64,000 nucleotides of DNA from Eledone cirrhosa (Eukaryota): contig OZ024754.1 of NCBI GenBank assembly GCA_964016885.1, positions 9,734,001 through 9,798,000 of the forward strand. Direction: 5' to 3'. The translations under genes and the position numbers were made by a program. Below the pieces are notes generated by a model that was given only the letters and a program-made list of their open reading frames with translations, ran no database searches and was not told where the DNA came from. Shown one piece after another: positions 1 through 15,359 of this stretch. Within the stretch, counting starts at the first letter, position 1. Each line of letters begins with the position of its first letter.

Positions 1-574
1 ATAATATTTTGATATAAGTATGAGCAGCCTGTTATGGCCGGTTTGAACAGAAAGAGGTGAGAGAATTCTGGCTGGCTATGGGTGGTTTAAATGCTAAAGG
101 GTAAAAGAAAATATGCAGGCTTGAAAAAAATTGTAATTACAGGCTTGAATAAGTAGGATAATTCATACAGAAATAAGTGACATTTTCTAGTGACAACAAT
201 TATAAAAGCAAGTTTGGGTTAAAGATATTACAGAAGTAATATTATGCATTTGTTCTTGAATTAAAGTCCTTATGAGTCACACATCGTTATGTGTGCAGAA
301 AATTATGTTGATATGAAATAGATGAAATCAAGATAAGCAGATAGCAACATTGTAGAATCGAAATATTGTAAATCGATGTCTTGTTCAAATGAAATGTGTC
401 ATTCTAAGACAAGCTGAAACAAGAGTAGACAATGACAGATTTCCCCCTGGTTGAGGTCTATGCAAATGAGGAGTGGACAGCCTACTTTGGCTGAGTTACC
501 AGGAAGAGAGAGAAAAAAACTTTGAATTGCTGTTTATATAACCAATGCATAACTAAGAAATATTGTAATTTTAA

Positions 575-845
575 TGAGGTGCGTGTCTTAGTGGTTAGAG
601 TATTGGATTTGCATTCATGAGGCTGCAAATTCAATTCCCAGACCAGGCGATGCATTATGCCCTTGAGCAAGACACTTTATTCCATGTTCCCCTTTCTGCC
701 AGGTGTTGTAACTGGTAGATAGGATCAGCAATGGAAATACCAAAGAAAACATTGTTTCCTTTGTCTGATTTGACAATTTCCACTCCATTCGGTAAATAAA
801 TGAAGCCTGGGATCTTGCAGATCAATTCAATCCATTGATTCAATA
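575..845 (+). mobile_element. Older tRNA-derived SINE family
   Basis: tRNA-like head and ccttgagcaagacact segment; diverged reverse copies at about 29960-30190 and 60680-60920. Confidence 0.65.
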
Positions 846-928
846 AACAGTGGATGATTGAAACTTGTCACATGTTTTTTTATGTTCTATACATGTCACA
901 TGTATAGTATACATAGTATAGTACAGTG

Positions 929-1440
929 CAGGGGCCTCGTTTGCCTTTAACCCTTTAATGTTCAAACCGGCCAAAACCGGCCAGAATTTTCTACCTTTTT
1001 CTGTTGAAACTGGCTGTAACTGGCCACTCATACTTATGTTAAGGTATTGTTCTCAAAATAAATACTTCCAAAATCTCATAGATTCGATATTATGTGAGAT
1101 AATTATGCGAGGTAAAGCCTTTACCATGAAAATATAATAGTATATATAGAGTAATGTAAATGCTAAAGGGTTAAAATGTGTGGCGGCGGGGTGGGGGTTC
1201 AAACCAACATTTCTTGATTCTTAAAGGAGCATAAATTGCTTATGGTGCCTTTCCCAGACCCTATCATATAAGTAAAATTTTATGCTAATTAAATTTTATA
1301 TATTCAAATGAAGTCCAGATATAAAAAAAAAAAGCTTAAAAGGAATTTATTATATCAAATAAACAAAAAATAAAATATAGACGTTTGAAAAAGTGGGGGT
1401 GGACTTGTCCCCTGGGACCCCCCCTGAAACAAGGCCCTTG
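929..1440. mobile_element. hAT-like non-autonomous element
   Basis: TIRs CAGGGGCCTCGTTT / AAACAAGGCCCTTG (12/14); 8-bp TSD gtacagtg / ctacagtg. Confidence 0.65.
951..1170. mobile_element. piggyBac-like MITE (220 bp)
   Basis: TTAA|CCCTTTA...TAAAGGG|TTAA; related copies at 1-103, 2772-2968, 11617-11830 and 61067-61287. Confidence 0.8.
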
Positions 1441-1443
1441 CTA

Positions 1444-1630
1444 CAGTGGTTCCCAAAGTAGATTCCACAGAGACCCTAGAGTTCCGCAAAGGAGTGTCTG
1501 GGGTTCCATGAAAAAAAAGACAGTAGAGTATATTTATATTACGACCATATAACAGCATTAGACTTCAGGGTTCCCCCTAAATTTCTGAACTAAAAAGGGT
1601 TCCATGTTTGTAAAAGTTTTGGAAACCCTG
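1444..1630. mobile_element. hAT/Charlie-like MITE
   Basis: TIRs CAGTGGTTCCCAAA / TTTGGAAACCCTG; TSD gtatagta (916-923) / gtataata (1631-1638). Confidence 0.7.
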
Positions 1631-2967
1631 GTATAATATACAACAAAACGTGTATAGCATATAAGAAAAAAATATTTTGTACATCAAAAAGGTTTTGTAA
1701 TTTGTTATCTAAGCTATAATAAAGTAAGGAGTGTGGGACTGCGTACAGAATATTTTTTTATCCCGTTTGTAAAATAAGTTGGATTATGTTGTGCAAGGGA
1801 AGGGCAATGGCACCAGTGACGTCACAACTTATTTTTACAGCCCAGTAGACTTACTAATTACGTCTATAGTAAACAACGAAACACATTTGTTTACATAAAA
1901 AACAATAATTTTGTAATTTGTTGTGACACAACGAAAGTCATTTTTTTTTACATAAAAAAACAAAACATTTTTTGTACTTCTGTACTTGACTAGTTACGTC
2001 TAAAGTAAACGAAAGTAATTTGTTTACATAAAATAAGTTTTTGTACTTCTGTACTTGACTAACGAAATACATTTTAATTACATTAAAAAAACAACAGTTT
2101 TTGTACTTCTGTACTTGACTTATTACGTCTAAAGTAAACAACGAAAGAACTTTTTTTACATTAAAAAAAGTGTTTGTACTTTTGTACTTATTAGTTATGT
2201 ATATAGTAAACAACGAAATACAATTTAATTACTTTAAAAAAAAAACAGTCTTTTGTACTTACTTGCTACATCTATAGTAAACAGCAAAAGAAGTGTTTTA
2301 CATCAAAAAGAATAGTTTTAATACTTTTGCATTTGACCAGTTTTGCTTAAAACATCCTTCCAAAAGTTTTTCATGTTTCCTTTACGAGTTTTTCCATTTG
2401 TAATGCTATTGTCTCTTAGGTTATTGTTAAAACAAAGGAAACAACTGCTTGTAATATTGTTCCTTATATCAAGGAAAAAATCGTGACAAGGGACGTGATT
2501 CTTATCTGACCAGGTATTAAAAGTTATGTATGCAAAACGTTCAGCTTTGGCCTAAATTTTTCAATAAAAAGCTTTTCTTTGCCAAGGTATTTTTCCTCTG
2601 ACATTGGTTAGCAGCATTGGTAGATTGGGAAGACATTGAAATTTGGTAAACCTCGCCTTCCACATTCCTCAATATGTTGGCTAAGAGGGGTCTCTCTTCT
2701 GTATAGACCTCTAATCAATTGGCAGTAATCTGTCATTCCTGTCCCTATCCCCATTTATTAGTTATCTTTAACCCTTTAGCATTTAAACTAGCCAAAATTA
2801 TCTCACTTCTTTCTGTTCAAACCAGTTGTAACTGGCCACTCATACTGATGTTAAGGTATTGTTCTCAAATAATTAATATCAAAATCACATAGATTTGATA
2901 TCATGAGAGATAATTATGTAAGATAAAGCCTTTACCCCAAAAATACAATAGTATATATAGAGTAATG

Positions 2968-5900
2968 TATATATATATTGTATACACACTATATATATAT
3001 TGTATAGACACTATATATATACTATATAGACACTATATACATATTGTATAGACACTATATATATATTGTATAGACACTATATATACTATATAGACACTAT
3101 ATACATATTGTATAGACACTATATATATATTGTATAGACACTATATATATATTGTATAGACACTATATATATATTGTATAGACACTATATATACTATATA
3201 GACACTAAATATATACTATATAGACACTATATATATATATTGTATAGACACTATATATATATATTGTATAGACACTATATATATATTGTATAGACACTAT
3301 ATATATACTGTATAGACATTATATATATACTATATAGACACTATATATATATTGTATAGACACTATATATATATTGTATAGACACTATATATATATTGTA
3401 TAGACATTATATATACTGTATAGACACTATATATATACTGTATAGACACTATATATATATATACTATATAGACACTATATATATACTGTATAGACACTAT
3501 ATATATATTGTATAGACACTATATATATATTGTATAGACATTATATATACTGTATAGACACTATATATATACTGTATAGACATTATATATATACTATATA
3601 GACACTATATATATATTGTATAGACACTATATATATATTGTATAGACACTATATATATATTGTATAGACACTATATATATATTGTATAGACATTATATAT
3701 ACTGTATAGACACTATATATATACTGTATAGACACTATATATATATACTATATAGACACTATATATATACTGTATAGACACTATATATATATTGTATAGA
3801 CATTATATATATACTGTATAGACACTATATATATATACTATATAGACACTATGTATATACTGTATAGACACTATATATATACTATATAGACACTATATAT
3901 TGTATAGACATTATATATATACTATATAGACACTATATATATACTGTATAGACATTATATATATATACTATATAGACACTATATATACTATATAGACACT
4001 ATATATATACTATATAGACACTATATATATATATATAGACACTATATATATACTGTATAGAAACTATATATATATTGTATAGACACTATATATATACTAT
4101 ATAGACACTATATATATACTATATAGACACTATATATACTATATAGACACTATATATATACTATATAGACACTATATATATATATAGACACTATATATAT
4201 ACTGTATAGACACTATATATATATTGTATAGACACTATATATATACTATATAGACACTATATATACTATATAGACACTATATATACTATATAGACACTAT
4301 ATATACTATATAGACACTATATATATACTATATAGACACTATATATATACTATATAGACACTATATATATACTATATAGACACTATATATATATTTTATA
4401 GACATTATATATATACTATATAGACACTATATATACTATATAGACACTATATATATACTATATAGACACTATATATATACTATATAGACACTATATATAC
4501 TATATAGACACTATATATATATATTGTATAGACACTATATATATACTGTATAGACACTATATATATACTGTATAGACATATATATATACTATATAGACAC
4601 TATATATACTATATAGACACTATATATATACTATATAGACACTATATATATACTATATAGACACTATATATATATATTGTATAGACACTATATATATACT
4701 GTATAGACATTATATATATACTATATAGACACTATATATATACTATATAGACACTATATATATACAGTATAGACACTATATATATATTGTATAGACACTA
4801 TATATACTGTATAGACATTATATATATACTATATAGACACTATATATATATACAGTATAGACACTATACATATATTGTATAGACACTATATATATTGTAT
4901 AGACACTATATATATTGTATAGACACTATATAGACATTATATATATACTATATAGACACTATATATATATATATTGTATAGACACTATATAGACATTATA
5001 TATATACTATATAGACACTATATATATATATATTGTATAGACACTATATAGACACTATATATATACTGTATAGACACTATATATATACTGTATAGACACT
5101 ATATATACAGTATAGACACTATATATACAGTATAGACACTATATGAATGTTATATAGGGCGGTGAATTGGCAGTATCGGCAGAGGGTCGGACGCCATGCT
5201 TTCCAGCCCCTTTATGGTCTGAGTTCAAATCCCGCCGAGGTTAACTTTGCCTTTCATCCTTACGGGGTCGATAAAATAAAGTACCAGTAATGTACTGGGA
5301 TAATTGCTGGCCTTGTGCCAAAAGTAGAAACAATTATATATATACTGTATAAACACTATATATATACTGTATAGACACTATATATATACTGTATAGACAC
5401 TATATATATACTGTATAAACACTATATATATACTGTATAGACACTATATATATACTGTATAGACACTATATATATATTGTATAGACACTATATATATACT
5501 GTATAGACACTATATATATACTATATAGACACTATATATATACTATATAGACACTATATATATACTGTATAGACACTATATATATACTGTATAGACACTA
5601 TATATATACTGTATAGACACTATATATATACTGTATAAACACTATATATATACTGTATAAACACTATATATATACTGTATAAACACTATATATATACTGT
5701 ATAAACACTATATATATACTGTATAGACACTATATATATACTGTATAGACACTATATATATATACTATATAGACACTATATATATACTGTATAGACACTA
5801 TATATATACTGTATAGACACTATATATATACTGTATAGACACTATATATATACTGTATAGACACTATATATATACTGTATAGACACTATATATATACTGT

Positions 5901-8058
5901 ATAAACACTATATATAGACTGTATAAAGACTATATATATACTGTATAAACACTATATATATACTGTATAAACACTATATATATACTGTATAAACACTATA
6001 TATATACTGTATAGACACTATATATATACTGTATAGACACTATATATATACTGTATAAACACTATATATATACTATATAGACACTATATATATACTGTAT
6101 AGACACTATATATATACTGTATAGACACTATATATATACTGTATAGACACTATATATATACTGTATAGACACTATATATATACTGTATAAACACTATATA
6201 TATACTGTATAGACACTATATATATACTGTATAAACACTATATATATACTGTATAAACACTATATATATACTATATAGACACTATATATATACTGTATAG
6301 ACACTATATATATACTGTATAAACACTATATATATACTATATAGACACTATATATATATATTGTATAGACACTATATATATACTATATAGACACTATATA
6401 TATACTATATAGACACTATATATATACTGTATAGACACTATATATATACTGTATAGACACTATATATATACTGTATAGACACTATATATATACTGTATAA
6501 ACACTATATATATACTGTATAAACACTATATATATACTGTATAGACACTATATATATATACTGTATAAACACTATATATATACTGTATAGACACTATATA
6601 TATACTGTATAGACACTATATATATACTGTATAAACACTATATATATACTGTATAGACACTATATATATACTGTATAGACACTATATATATACTATATAG
6701 ACACTATATATATACTATATAGACACTATATATATACTGTATAGACACTATATATATACTGTATAGACACTATATATATACTGTATAGACACTATATATA
6801 TACTGTATAAACACTATATATATACTGTATAAACACTATATATATACTGTATAAACACTATATATATACTGTATAAACACTATATATATACTGTATAGAC
6901 ACTATATATATACTGTATAGACACTATATATATATACTATATAGACACTATATATATACTGTATAGACACTATATATATACTGTATAGACACTATATATA
7001 TACTGTATAGACACTATATATATACTGTATAGACACTATATATATACTGTATAGACACTATATATATACTGTATAAACACTATATATAGACTGTATAAAG
7101 ACTATATATATACTGTATAAACACTATATATATACTGTATAAACACTATATATATACTGTATAAACACTATATATATACTGTATAGACACTATATATATA
7201 CTGTATAGACACTATATATATACTGTATAAACACTATATATATACTATATAGACACTATATATATACTGTATAGACACTATATATATACTGTATAGACAC
7301 TATATATATACTGTATAGACACTATATATATATACTGTATAGACACTATATATATACTGTATAAACACTATATATATACTGTATAGACACTATATATATA
7401 CTGTATAAACACTATATATATACTGTATAAACACTATATATATACTATATAGACACTATATATATACTGTATAGACACTATATATATACTGTATAAACAC
7501 TATATATATACTATATAGACACTATATATATATATTGTATAGACACTATATATATACTATATAGACACTATATATATACTATATAGACACTATATATATA
7601 CTGTATAGACACTATATATATACTGTATAGACACTATATATATACTGTATAGACACTATATATATACTGTATAAACACTATATATATACTGTATAAACAC
7701 TATATATATACTGTATAGACACTATATATATACTGTATAAACACTATATATATACTGTATAAACACTATATATATACTGTATAAACACTATATATATACT
7801 GTATAGACACTATATATATACTGTATAAACACTATATATATACTGTATAGACACTATATATATACTGTATAGACACTATATATATATACTGTATAGACAC
7901 TATATATATACTGTATAAACACTATATATATACTGTATAGACACTATATATATACTGTATAAACACTATATATATACTGTATAGACACTATATATATACT
8001 GTATAAACACTATATATATACTGTATAAACATTATATATATACTATATAGACACTATT
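2968..8058. repeat. ~22-bp AT-rich minisatellite (ACTATATATATACTGTATAGAC), ~5 kb, split by a SINE
   Basis: Direct tandem units with a variable (TA)n core. Confidence 0.97.
5157..5336 (+). mobile_element. tRNA-derived SINE, family A (~190 bp)
   Basis: A-box-like tggcagtatcgg, B-box gagttcaaatccc, core gcctttcatccttacggggtcgataaaataaagtaccag. Other copies at about 9677, 9868, 11418, 19256, 20470-21170, 26655, 30265 (+) and 22312-22675, 43448-43810, 60378-60560 (-). Confidence 0.9.
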
Positions 8059-9289
8059 ATTATGGTCATTTTCATTAGGACAACTAAATTTAACATTTTC
8101 AAATTTTCCCAATGCTTCTTAAGTCAACCAGTTGTTTACACTTCTATCTTCATACTTAGCATCTTCTAAAAAGACACAAGTGATGACCTGCAGCTCTTTA
8201 GTGTAGGGGTTAATTTCCTTGCCCAGCATCCAAGCGATGTGGAGTTTAATTCCTTACAGGTTCCTATACCCACATTTTTTTCCATCTCCAGAAATAATTT
8301 ACCCAATTGTTTCTCAGCAATTAGTTATAGTTGATCAAGTATTATTATAGTCATTTGCTTTGGAGCACGCACTCATTTCAAATCACAAACTAAATTTGCA
8401 TTAAAAAACAATATGTGAACCTAAAGATATCTTTTTTTTTTTTTTTTTTTCCTGTGTCCAATCTAAGATTAGGGTGTTACATCAGATCAGTGTGTTCGCG
8501 TTGATCTGAAGAAGTTAATCACACGAATGAAAGTTTTAAAAAGAAAGAATATAAAGAGAATCAAAACATAATTCAATGAATAAATGAAAACATCTAGAAA
8601 AATTCTAACTTGGATATTGATTTTTCTTGTTCAAGATCTGAAAATACAATTTGGATTTTCCCTTCAAAAGCGCCATATTGAAATGGGCTGTGGCCAATCT
8701 GTGGAGGTCATAACCCAGAAAAACTGATTTCTCAATATTTTGATTATCTCGCTACCAATTCACTTGTTTTGTTGTTGTTTTTATCTTTTATTCTATTTTA
8801 TTTTATTATATTTTCTTTTCATATATATATGTTTTTTTGTTTTTTTTATTTTTTATAAGAGATCCTTATGGCGTTGAAACAAAATTAATTTTGCTTTTAA
8901 TGTCCTGCTGCTAATGGAGAGGAATTTATCAAGCTCTGAGATCATTAATTATAAAAGATGTTGACTGAGAATCAGATTTCAGATGTCAAAGACCTGTCTA
9001 AGCCTTCACAGATCTCATTGAATTGTTGATCACCTTGGCCTACCTTTCATCTTCAATCTTTCTCCTTATTCTAACCCTGCCTCCCACTGCAATCATTTTC
9101 CAAAGTCAAAGGTTCCAGCTGTGTTTTGCATATTTTATAATGAACATTATCAGAACAATTTCAAGTTTTAAACTCTAAGGTTTATTTTTTTTTACCCTGC
9201 ACACTTCTCATTTTCTGGGGTTTTTTCTTTTTAGAAATTGAGACTGACGATAACGACAGCATGTCATTAAATATGTCCACACATTTCAC

Positions 9290-9545
9290 GGGTATGACAT
9301 TAAACTACATCCAGTGGCAAGGCTTCAGTTTGTGAGTTCAGGAGCTGTGTGGGGAATGTGGAGTTACCCCTTAGTTGTTATCAATGTCCTGGGTATGACA
9401 TTAAACTACATCCAGTGGCAAGGCTTCAGTTTGGGAGTTCAGGAGCTGTGTGGGGAATGTGGAGTTACCCCTTAATTGTTATCACTCCCAGGTCTGCTCT
9501 GGTCCAGAGTAGTTGTACCTGTTAGGGCCCCAATTACGGGTTAAA
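9290..9545 (+). repeat. 101-bp tandem duplication in an interspersed-repeat fragment
   Basis: gggtatgacattaaactacatccagtggcaagg at 9290 and 9391. Confidence 0.8.
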
Positions 9546-10799
9546 TAATTACTTTACTCGAGTGGCGGCGGTAAGGTATTATCAGCCATTGAAAAGAACC
9601 CTAGATAGATTCACGCTCTTTTGGACAAGCATGAAAACCCTTAATTTTCTTGTTTCCCTTCATTATGTATATATGTAGATTGGCAGTATCGGTAGAGGGT
9701 CGGACATGCTTTCCAGCATAGTTACGTCGCCTTACGATCTGAGTTCAAATCCTGCCGAGGTTAACTTTGCCTTTCATCCTTACGGGGTCGATAAAATAAA
9801 GTACCAGTAACGTACTGGGTAATTGCTGGCCTTGTGCCAAATGTAGAAACAATTATGTATATATGTAGGGCGGTGGATTGGCAGTATCGGTAGAGGGTTT
9901 GACGCCATGCTTTGCAGCAAAGAGTTACTGCCCTTTACGATCTGAGTTCAAATCCCGCCGAGGTTGACTTTGCCTTTCATCCTTACGGGGTCGATAAAAT
10001 AAAGTACCAGTAATGAACTGGGTAATTGCTGGCCTTGTGCCTAAAGTAGAAACAATTATGTATATATGAACCCGTAACTCCTGGAGGAGTCGAAGAGGTA
10101 CTGTCATGACATATGGTGTTTCTTGGACATTTTAAACATCTCTCTCCAGGTCTGAACAAATCCAATATCTTCCAAAGAAGGAGATAGAGATATAAAGGAA
10201 ATGAGAAAGAGATATAGAGGAAGAATCAACCCTAATACTGGATTGGTATTTTTTATTTTTTTATCAACCTTAAAAGGATGAAAGGCAAAGTTGACCTTGG
10301 CAGGATTTGAAATCAGAATGCAGAGAACCAGAACAAATGCCACAAAGAATTCTATCTGATACTCTAACAACCCTGCCAATTTCCTGCCTTCTTCATTATA
10401 ACATCTTATAATTGAAAACAAAACCAACAAAACAACAAAACCTTTAATTGCATGCAGCAAATAAAGAACTGACACACACACTGTTTTATTTATTCTCTTT
10501 TATGGTTTTTAGTCATTGGATTATGGCCATGCTGGAGCATCATCTTCAAGAATTATAGTTAATCATATCTCTATTTAGAAAATGGCAAAGTTACTTTTTT
10601 TTATATGAAGGGATGTAACACACCATGTCTGTTAACACTGATAGACACTAACACAAACACAAATTCTATTTATAAATCATTGAGCAACTGTTGCAGAAAG
10701 GACATGCCCATGGTGCGATGGAGTGGGATAGAACGCAATACTATGTAATTGAGAAGTAAACACCAACAAAATTATTAACCATCTTGCCAACAACAATCC

Positions 10800-11112
10800 T
10801 AAGCACCTTTTTGAATTCCATGTGCCTAACACACGTGGGCATGCCTACAAAGTCAGAAAACAGCACAGCTCCCATGACTTTCGGAAACATTTTTTCATGC
10901 TCAGAGTTGCTGAAGCATGGAACAAACTCCCTGCATCAGTTGCTAGCAGTCGAGACACTGCATCCTTTAAAACCTCCATGGAACAAACTACCTGCATCAG
11001 TTGTTAGTTGCTGGGATACTGCATCCCTCAAAACCTCCCTGGAACAAACTACCTGCATCAGTTGTTAGCTGTCGAGACACTGCATCCTTTAAAACCTCCA
11101 TGGAACAAACTA
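10800..11112 (+). mobile_element. CR1/L2-type LINE 3' fragment with a 61-bp tandem triplication
   Basis: TRGHAYKV...RKHFFMLRVAEAWNKLP..SFK is the typical CR1/L2 ORF2 end. ggaacaaact recurs at 10919, 10980, 11041 and 11102. Confidence 0.8.
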
Positions 11113-12397
11113 CTGTGCCAATATACTTCTTTTTCACTCACTTATTCCTGGGGTGGGGTGGGTGGGGTGGGGTGTGGTGTGGAGGGGGTTGAGTCCCCAA
11201 ACAATCCTTTTTGAATCAATCTAAAAGGATAATAAAATCTCTGAAATTCCAATTTTAATTCATTCTAATGAAATGTTGCTGTTGCTTTTATTGTTCATTT
11301 TAAAACACCATCGGTGGTGGTGACAGTGGGAGTTTGGTTACTCTGTGTTCGGACCAGGTGTACATGTGTGTGTGTGTGTGTGAATCATTATTATTACTTT
11401 TACTATTATTAATATTTAGGGCGGTAGATTGGCAGTATCGGTAGAGCATCAGACATCATACTTTGCAGCATAGAGTTACGGCCCTTTACGATCTGAGTTC
11501 AAATCCCGCCGAGGTTAACTTTGCCTTTCATCCTGACGGGGTCGATAAAATAAAGTACCAGTAATGCACTGGAATAATTGCTGGCCTTGTGCCAAAAGTT
11601 GAAACAACTATTATTAACCCTTTAATGTTCAAATCAGCCAAAAACCGGCCAGAATTCTCTACCTCTTTCTGTTGAAACTGGCTGTAACTGGTCTCTGAAA
11701 CTGATGTTAAGGTATTGTTCTCAAAATAAATACTTTCAAAATCTCATAGATTCGATATTATGTGAGATAATTATATGAGGTAAAGCCTTTACCATGTAAA
11801 TATAATAGTATATATAGAGTAATGTGAATACTGAATACCTTCAGTTATTTTCTGTTAGTTAAATCTTTCCTAGACTTGGACAAAACTCACAGCTTGCTCT
11901 CTCACAGATCTAATACATTGTTATCACTTCCTATCCTACTTCTGGTCTCCTTCTTTAAACCATATCAGGCTACCTAAAATGGTTGCTGGTTCAATGAACC
12001 AAAATCATTCATTTTAAATTATTATTATTTAAATTAAAACCTGCCAACATAATTTTATAGAAAAAGCTTTTGTTAAGTTATAAATGCTATCTTAATGAAA
12101 TAATTAATAATTTAAGTAATCTTTCAAATTCTTCATTAATTAATTTCATTACCGTTTATTTCATTAGAAATATTCTCTATATTCCTTCTGCCCAATTATG
12201 GAATTTATGCTACCATGATAAAATTGATATAACAACTATAATTTTAAACATATTAAGGAGATATTGTTCATATACTGCAAAGAGAGTCAATCAAAGCATT
12301 TTCGCATTTCATTAGATTTGCAGTATTGGTAGAGTGTCTGACAACATGCTTAATGGCATAAAGTTACACTCCTTTATGTTCTGAGTTCAAATCTTCT

Positions 12398-12615
12398 TTA
12401 TTAGGCTGGGGGAGTAAACTGCCGATTAAATGGTAGCATTGGCCTTGGATTTTAAATGTGCAATAACCATAGTCAGTATGATCTTTTTCAACTCCAAAAG
12501 ACGTCATCTGAAACACAGCAATATACTGCATAACATTGCTTCTGAAGTGTTTAGCTTCGTTAGTACAATCTGTAAGTAGTATATGGATAAAAGCTTGAGG
12601 GTAGATTAATTTCAA
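12398..12615 (-). mobile_element. Helitron Rep-helicase N-terminal fragment
   Basis: HFRSNVMQYIAVFQMTSFG...TFKIQGQCYHLIGSLLPQP matches the Helitron motif YN..FQMTSFG...TFKIQGQVYH.IGSLLP. Confidence 0.85.
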
Positions 12616-12846
12616 ATAGCATTAATTTTTCTTTGTTCTGTAAAATCAAAGACTGTAAAACAACTTTATAAAAGCTAACGCAATATTGTTAAACCTTCAA
12701 CTGATACTTTTTTGGGACGTCTCTCTCTCTCTCTGAATATCTAACACTTTAATTGTATCTCCCTCTATATAATGACCTATCACTCTCTTTCTGCCTCTCC
12801 CTCCATGTCTCTCTCTTTTAAGATGTGTGTGTGTGTGTGTGTGTGT

Positions 12847-13182
12847 CATCATCATTTCATTTTACGTCCGCTTTTCCCTGCTTGCAAGGGTGGGACGGGA
12901 ACTGATTCTGGCTTGATTTCTACAGCTGGATGCCCTTCCTAACACCAACCTCATTTACAGTGAGTGCTGGGTGCTTTTTTGCCGTGGCACCTCCACGACC
13001 ACTTTGCAGTGGAATGATAGGGACCCCAGTCCCTATCATCTCATTTCTACAGCTGAGTAAACTGGAACAATGTGAAATAAAGTGTCTTGCTCAAGGAAAC
13101 AACACATCACCCGGTCTGAGAATTGAACTCACAACCTTTCGATTGCAAGGCCAATGCTCTAACCACTAAGCCATGTGCCTCC

Positions 13183-13183
<1 letters not shown>
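12847..13183 (-). mobile_element. tRNA-derived SINE, family B (~340 bp) with LINE-like (GAT)n tail
   Basis: Head ggaggcacatggcttagtggttagagc, ttgagcaagacact segment, tail gcggacgtaaaatgatgatg. Near-identical copies at 25370-25713 (+), 37814-38153 (-) and 42565-42886 (-). Confidence 0.9.
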
Positions 13184-13267
<84 letters not shown>

Positions 13268-13371
13268 TAGCTCTGTCCTATACTTTTTTCCTTTGCTTTT
13301 TCTTCAGAATTACCTAAAACATATATATATATATATATATATATATGTCACTATCTTAACACCAAATATTA

Positions 13372-13432
13372 TATTTTATCTGACAAAAGCGTACTTAAAT
13401 GTTAGTACCCTTGAAATACGTATAATAAAATA
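13372..13432 (+). ncRNA. Type I hammerhead motif, family 1, probably inactive (core CTGACAA)
   Basis: TATTTTAT-CTGACAA-stem II (GTACT/AGTAC)-GAAA-TACGTA-TA^-ATAAAATA; G8 is mutated to A. Confidence 0.7.
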
Positions 13433-14915
13433 AATATGGTTTTGTACAGATATTTTCCATTTATTAATATTGTTAATATATATGTATATATATATACATA
13501 TATAGTTTTAGTGTGATTCAACCAGCCAGCCAATAAACATCTTTCTTTTATATTATATATAAATGACTGATAAATTTCAGAAAGCCAGTACAATGCAGTA
13601 GGAATACAGTGTGTTCGCCTTTTACATGAAGATGTGTTATTGAACGTAGCGCATAATGCAAATTTGCGTAATTCAAGTCTACTTTTCTGAAGAATAAAAA
13701 TATTAAAAACCACATGTTTTAGTGCATTATTCACACAAACTGAATATTTAATATTACTTCAAGAGGCATTAAAGCGAATTTCAAGTTCGTGTAAAAAGCA
13801 AACAGACTGTATATCAAGGGGAAAGAATGACAAAACTAAACAGTCATGTTTTAGCTAGTATATTTCTTAACGATGGTGACACATCTGAAATATCTGTAAC
13901 AGCTCTCTTCTCTAGTTAGTGCTGTCACACTAAAATATTTACATAGTAATATCTAGAAGACTTGACTTTCATTTATTTATATATTTATTTATCTTTATAT
14001 TTGTTTGTTTCTATTTATTTATTTTTTCTCTTCCAATCTGTATATCTTATACCAATCTGTACTCTCTTCTTTTGCTTTGAGACAAAAATAAAGCAACCAA
14101 ACTGTAGAAGGGTAATTGATAAGGCCAGTGTTTAAAGAAAACTTTACAAGATATCTGCTATCTAAAAACATACTTGATTAATTCAAATTTTATTCTTATT
14201 TTACAATTTCTTACTAAAGAAGAAGAAGTAAATTTGCATTTCATTCTTCAAAGTATTTTTCTATGTTGAGATCATAGAAGTTATTTTTATGTTAGAGTTT
14301 GTACTAGCTCAAATTGCTTTGGAAATTTTTTTCATAAGCTTAAACCTCAGCTTTGCAAGATATTTTCAAGCAAAAAGAAAAACAGAAATAAAAAAAAAAT
14401 AAAAATTCTTATTCTTTAATTTTATTTCATTTTTTGTTTGTTTGTGTGTGTTTGTTTTTGTTTATCTGTTTTTCGTTGGTTGTTTAGTTGTTGTTGTTGT
14501 CTTCTCAGTTTCAAATATTTGGTTTTTACTTAATATATTGCTATTCAGCTTGTAGTCTTATAATGTTTAAACTATTTAATATACTTCCATTCAACTTTTA
14601 GTCTTGTAATATAAATAACTAGATAGAGAGGAAAATTGCCTCGTGACTTTGAACACACATATACACACTCACTCACACATACACACATGCACGTACACTC
14701 ATTCACACATATACGCATGCACTCACACATATGCACACATGCACGCACACACACACACAAACAAACACACACATACACGAACACACTCACACAATCACAA
14801 TCACACTCGCACTCACACGAATACACACACATACACAAACACACACATGCACAAACACACACAAACACGCATACACAAACACAAACGCAAACACAATCAC
14901 ACTGACACACACAAT

Positions 14916-14957
<42 letters not shown>

Positions 14958-15359
14958 CACTGACACACACACAAATGCACTCACACACACAGACACACTG
15001 ACACACACAACCACATACACACACACACACACTCACATATACACTTACACAAACGCCGTCACACACACAGACACACACAAACACACACCTTTACATGAAA
15101 GATCTCTAAATCCCACCCATTACACACCCCACTAAAACACTAAATTTAACTAATGAAATACAGTCATTCTATATTACTTGTTGTCGTTGTTGTTGTTGTT
15201 GTTTAGTTTCCAGCCATGACCATCCTGTCTACTTACTTTTCCAGATATGATATTATCAAATATGTTTAACATTTTCATCCTCATCATCACCATTATCTCA
15301 TCATCATCATCACCATTTAACATCTATCTTACTAAGCTTGCATGAGTTATATGGGTTGT

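Noticed and set aside
8668-8700. YY1-like CGCCATATT plus CCAAT
   Set aside because: Short motifs with no linked exon or other promoter evidence.
14572-15135. His/Thr- and Cys/Val-rich ORFs (also near 24.5, 37, 41, 52, 58 and 63 kb)
   Set aside because: Translations of (CA)n and (TA)n microsatellites.
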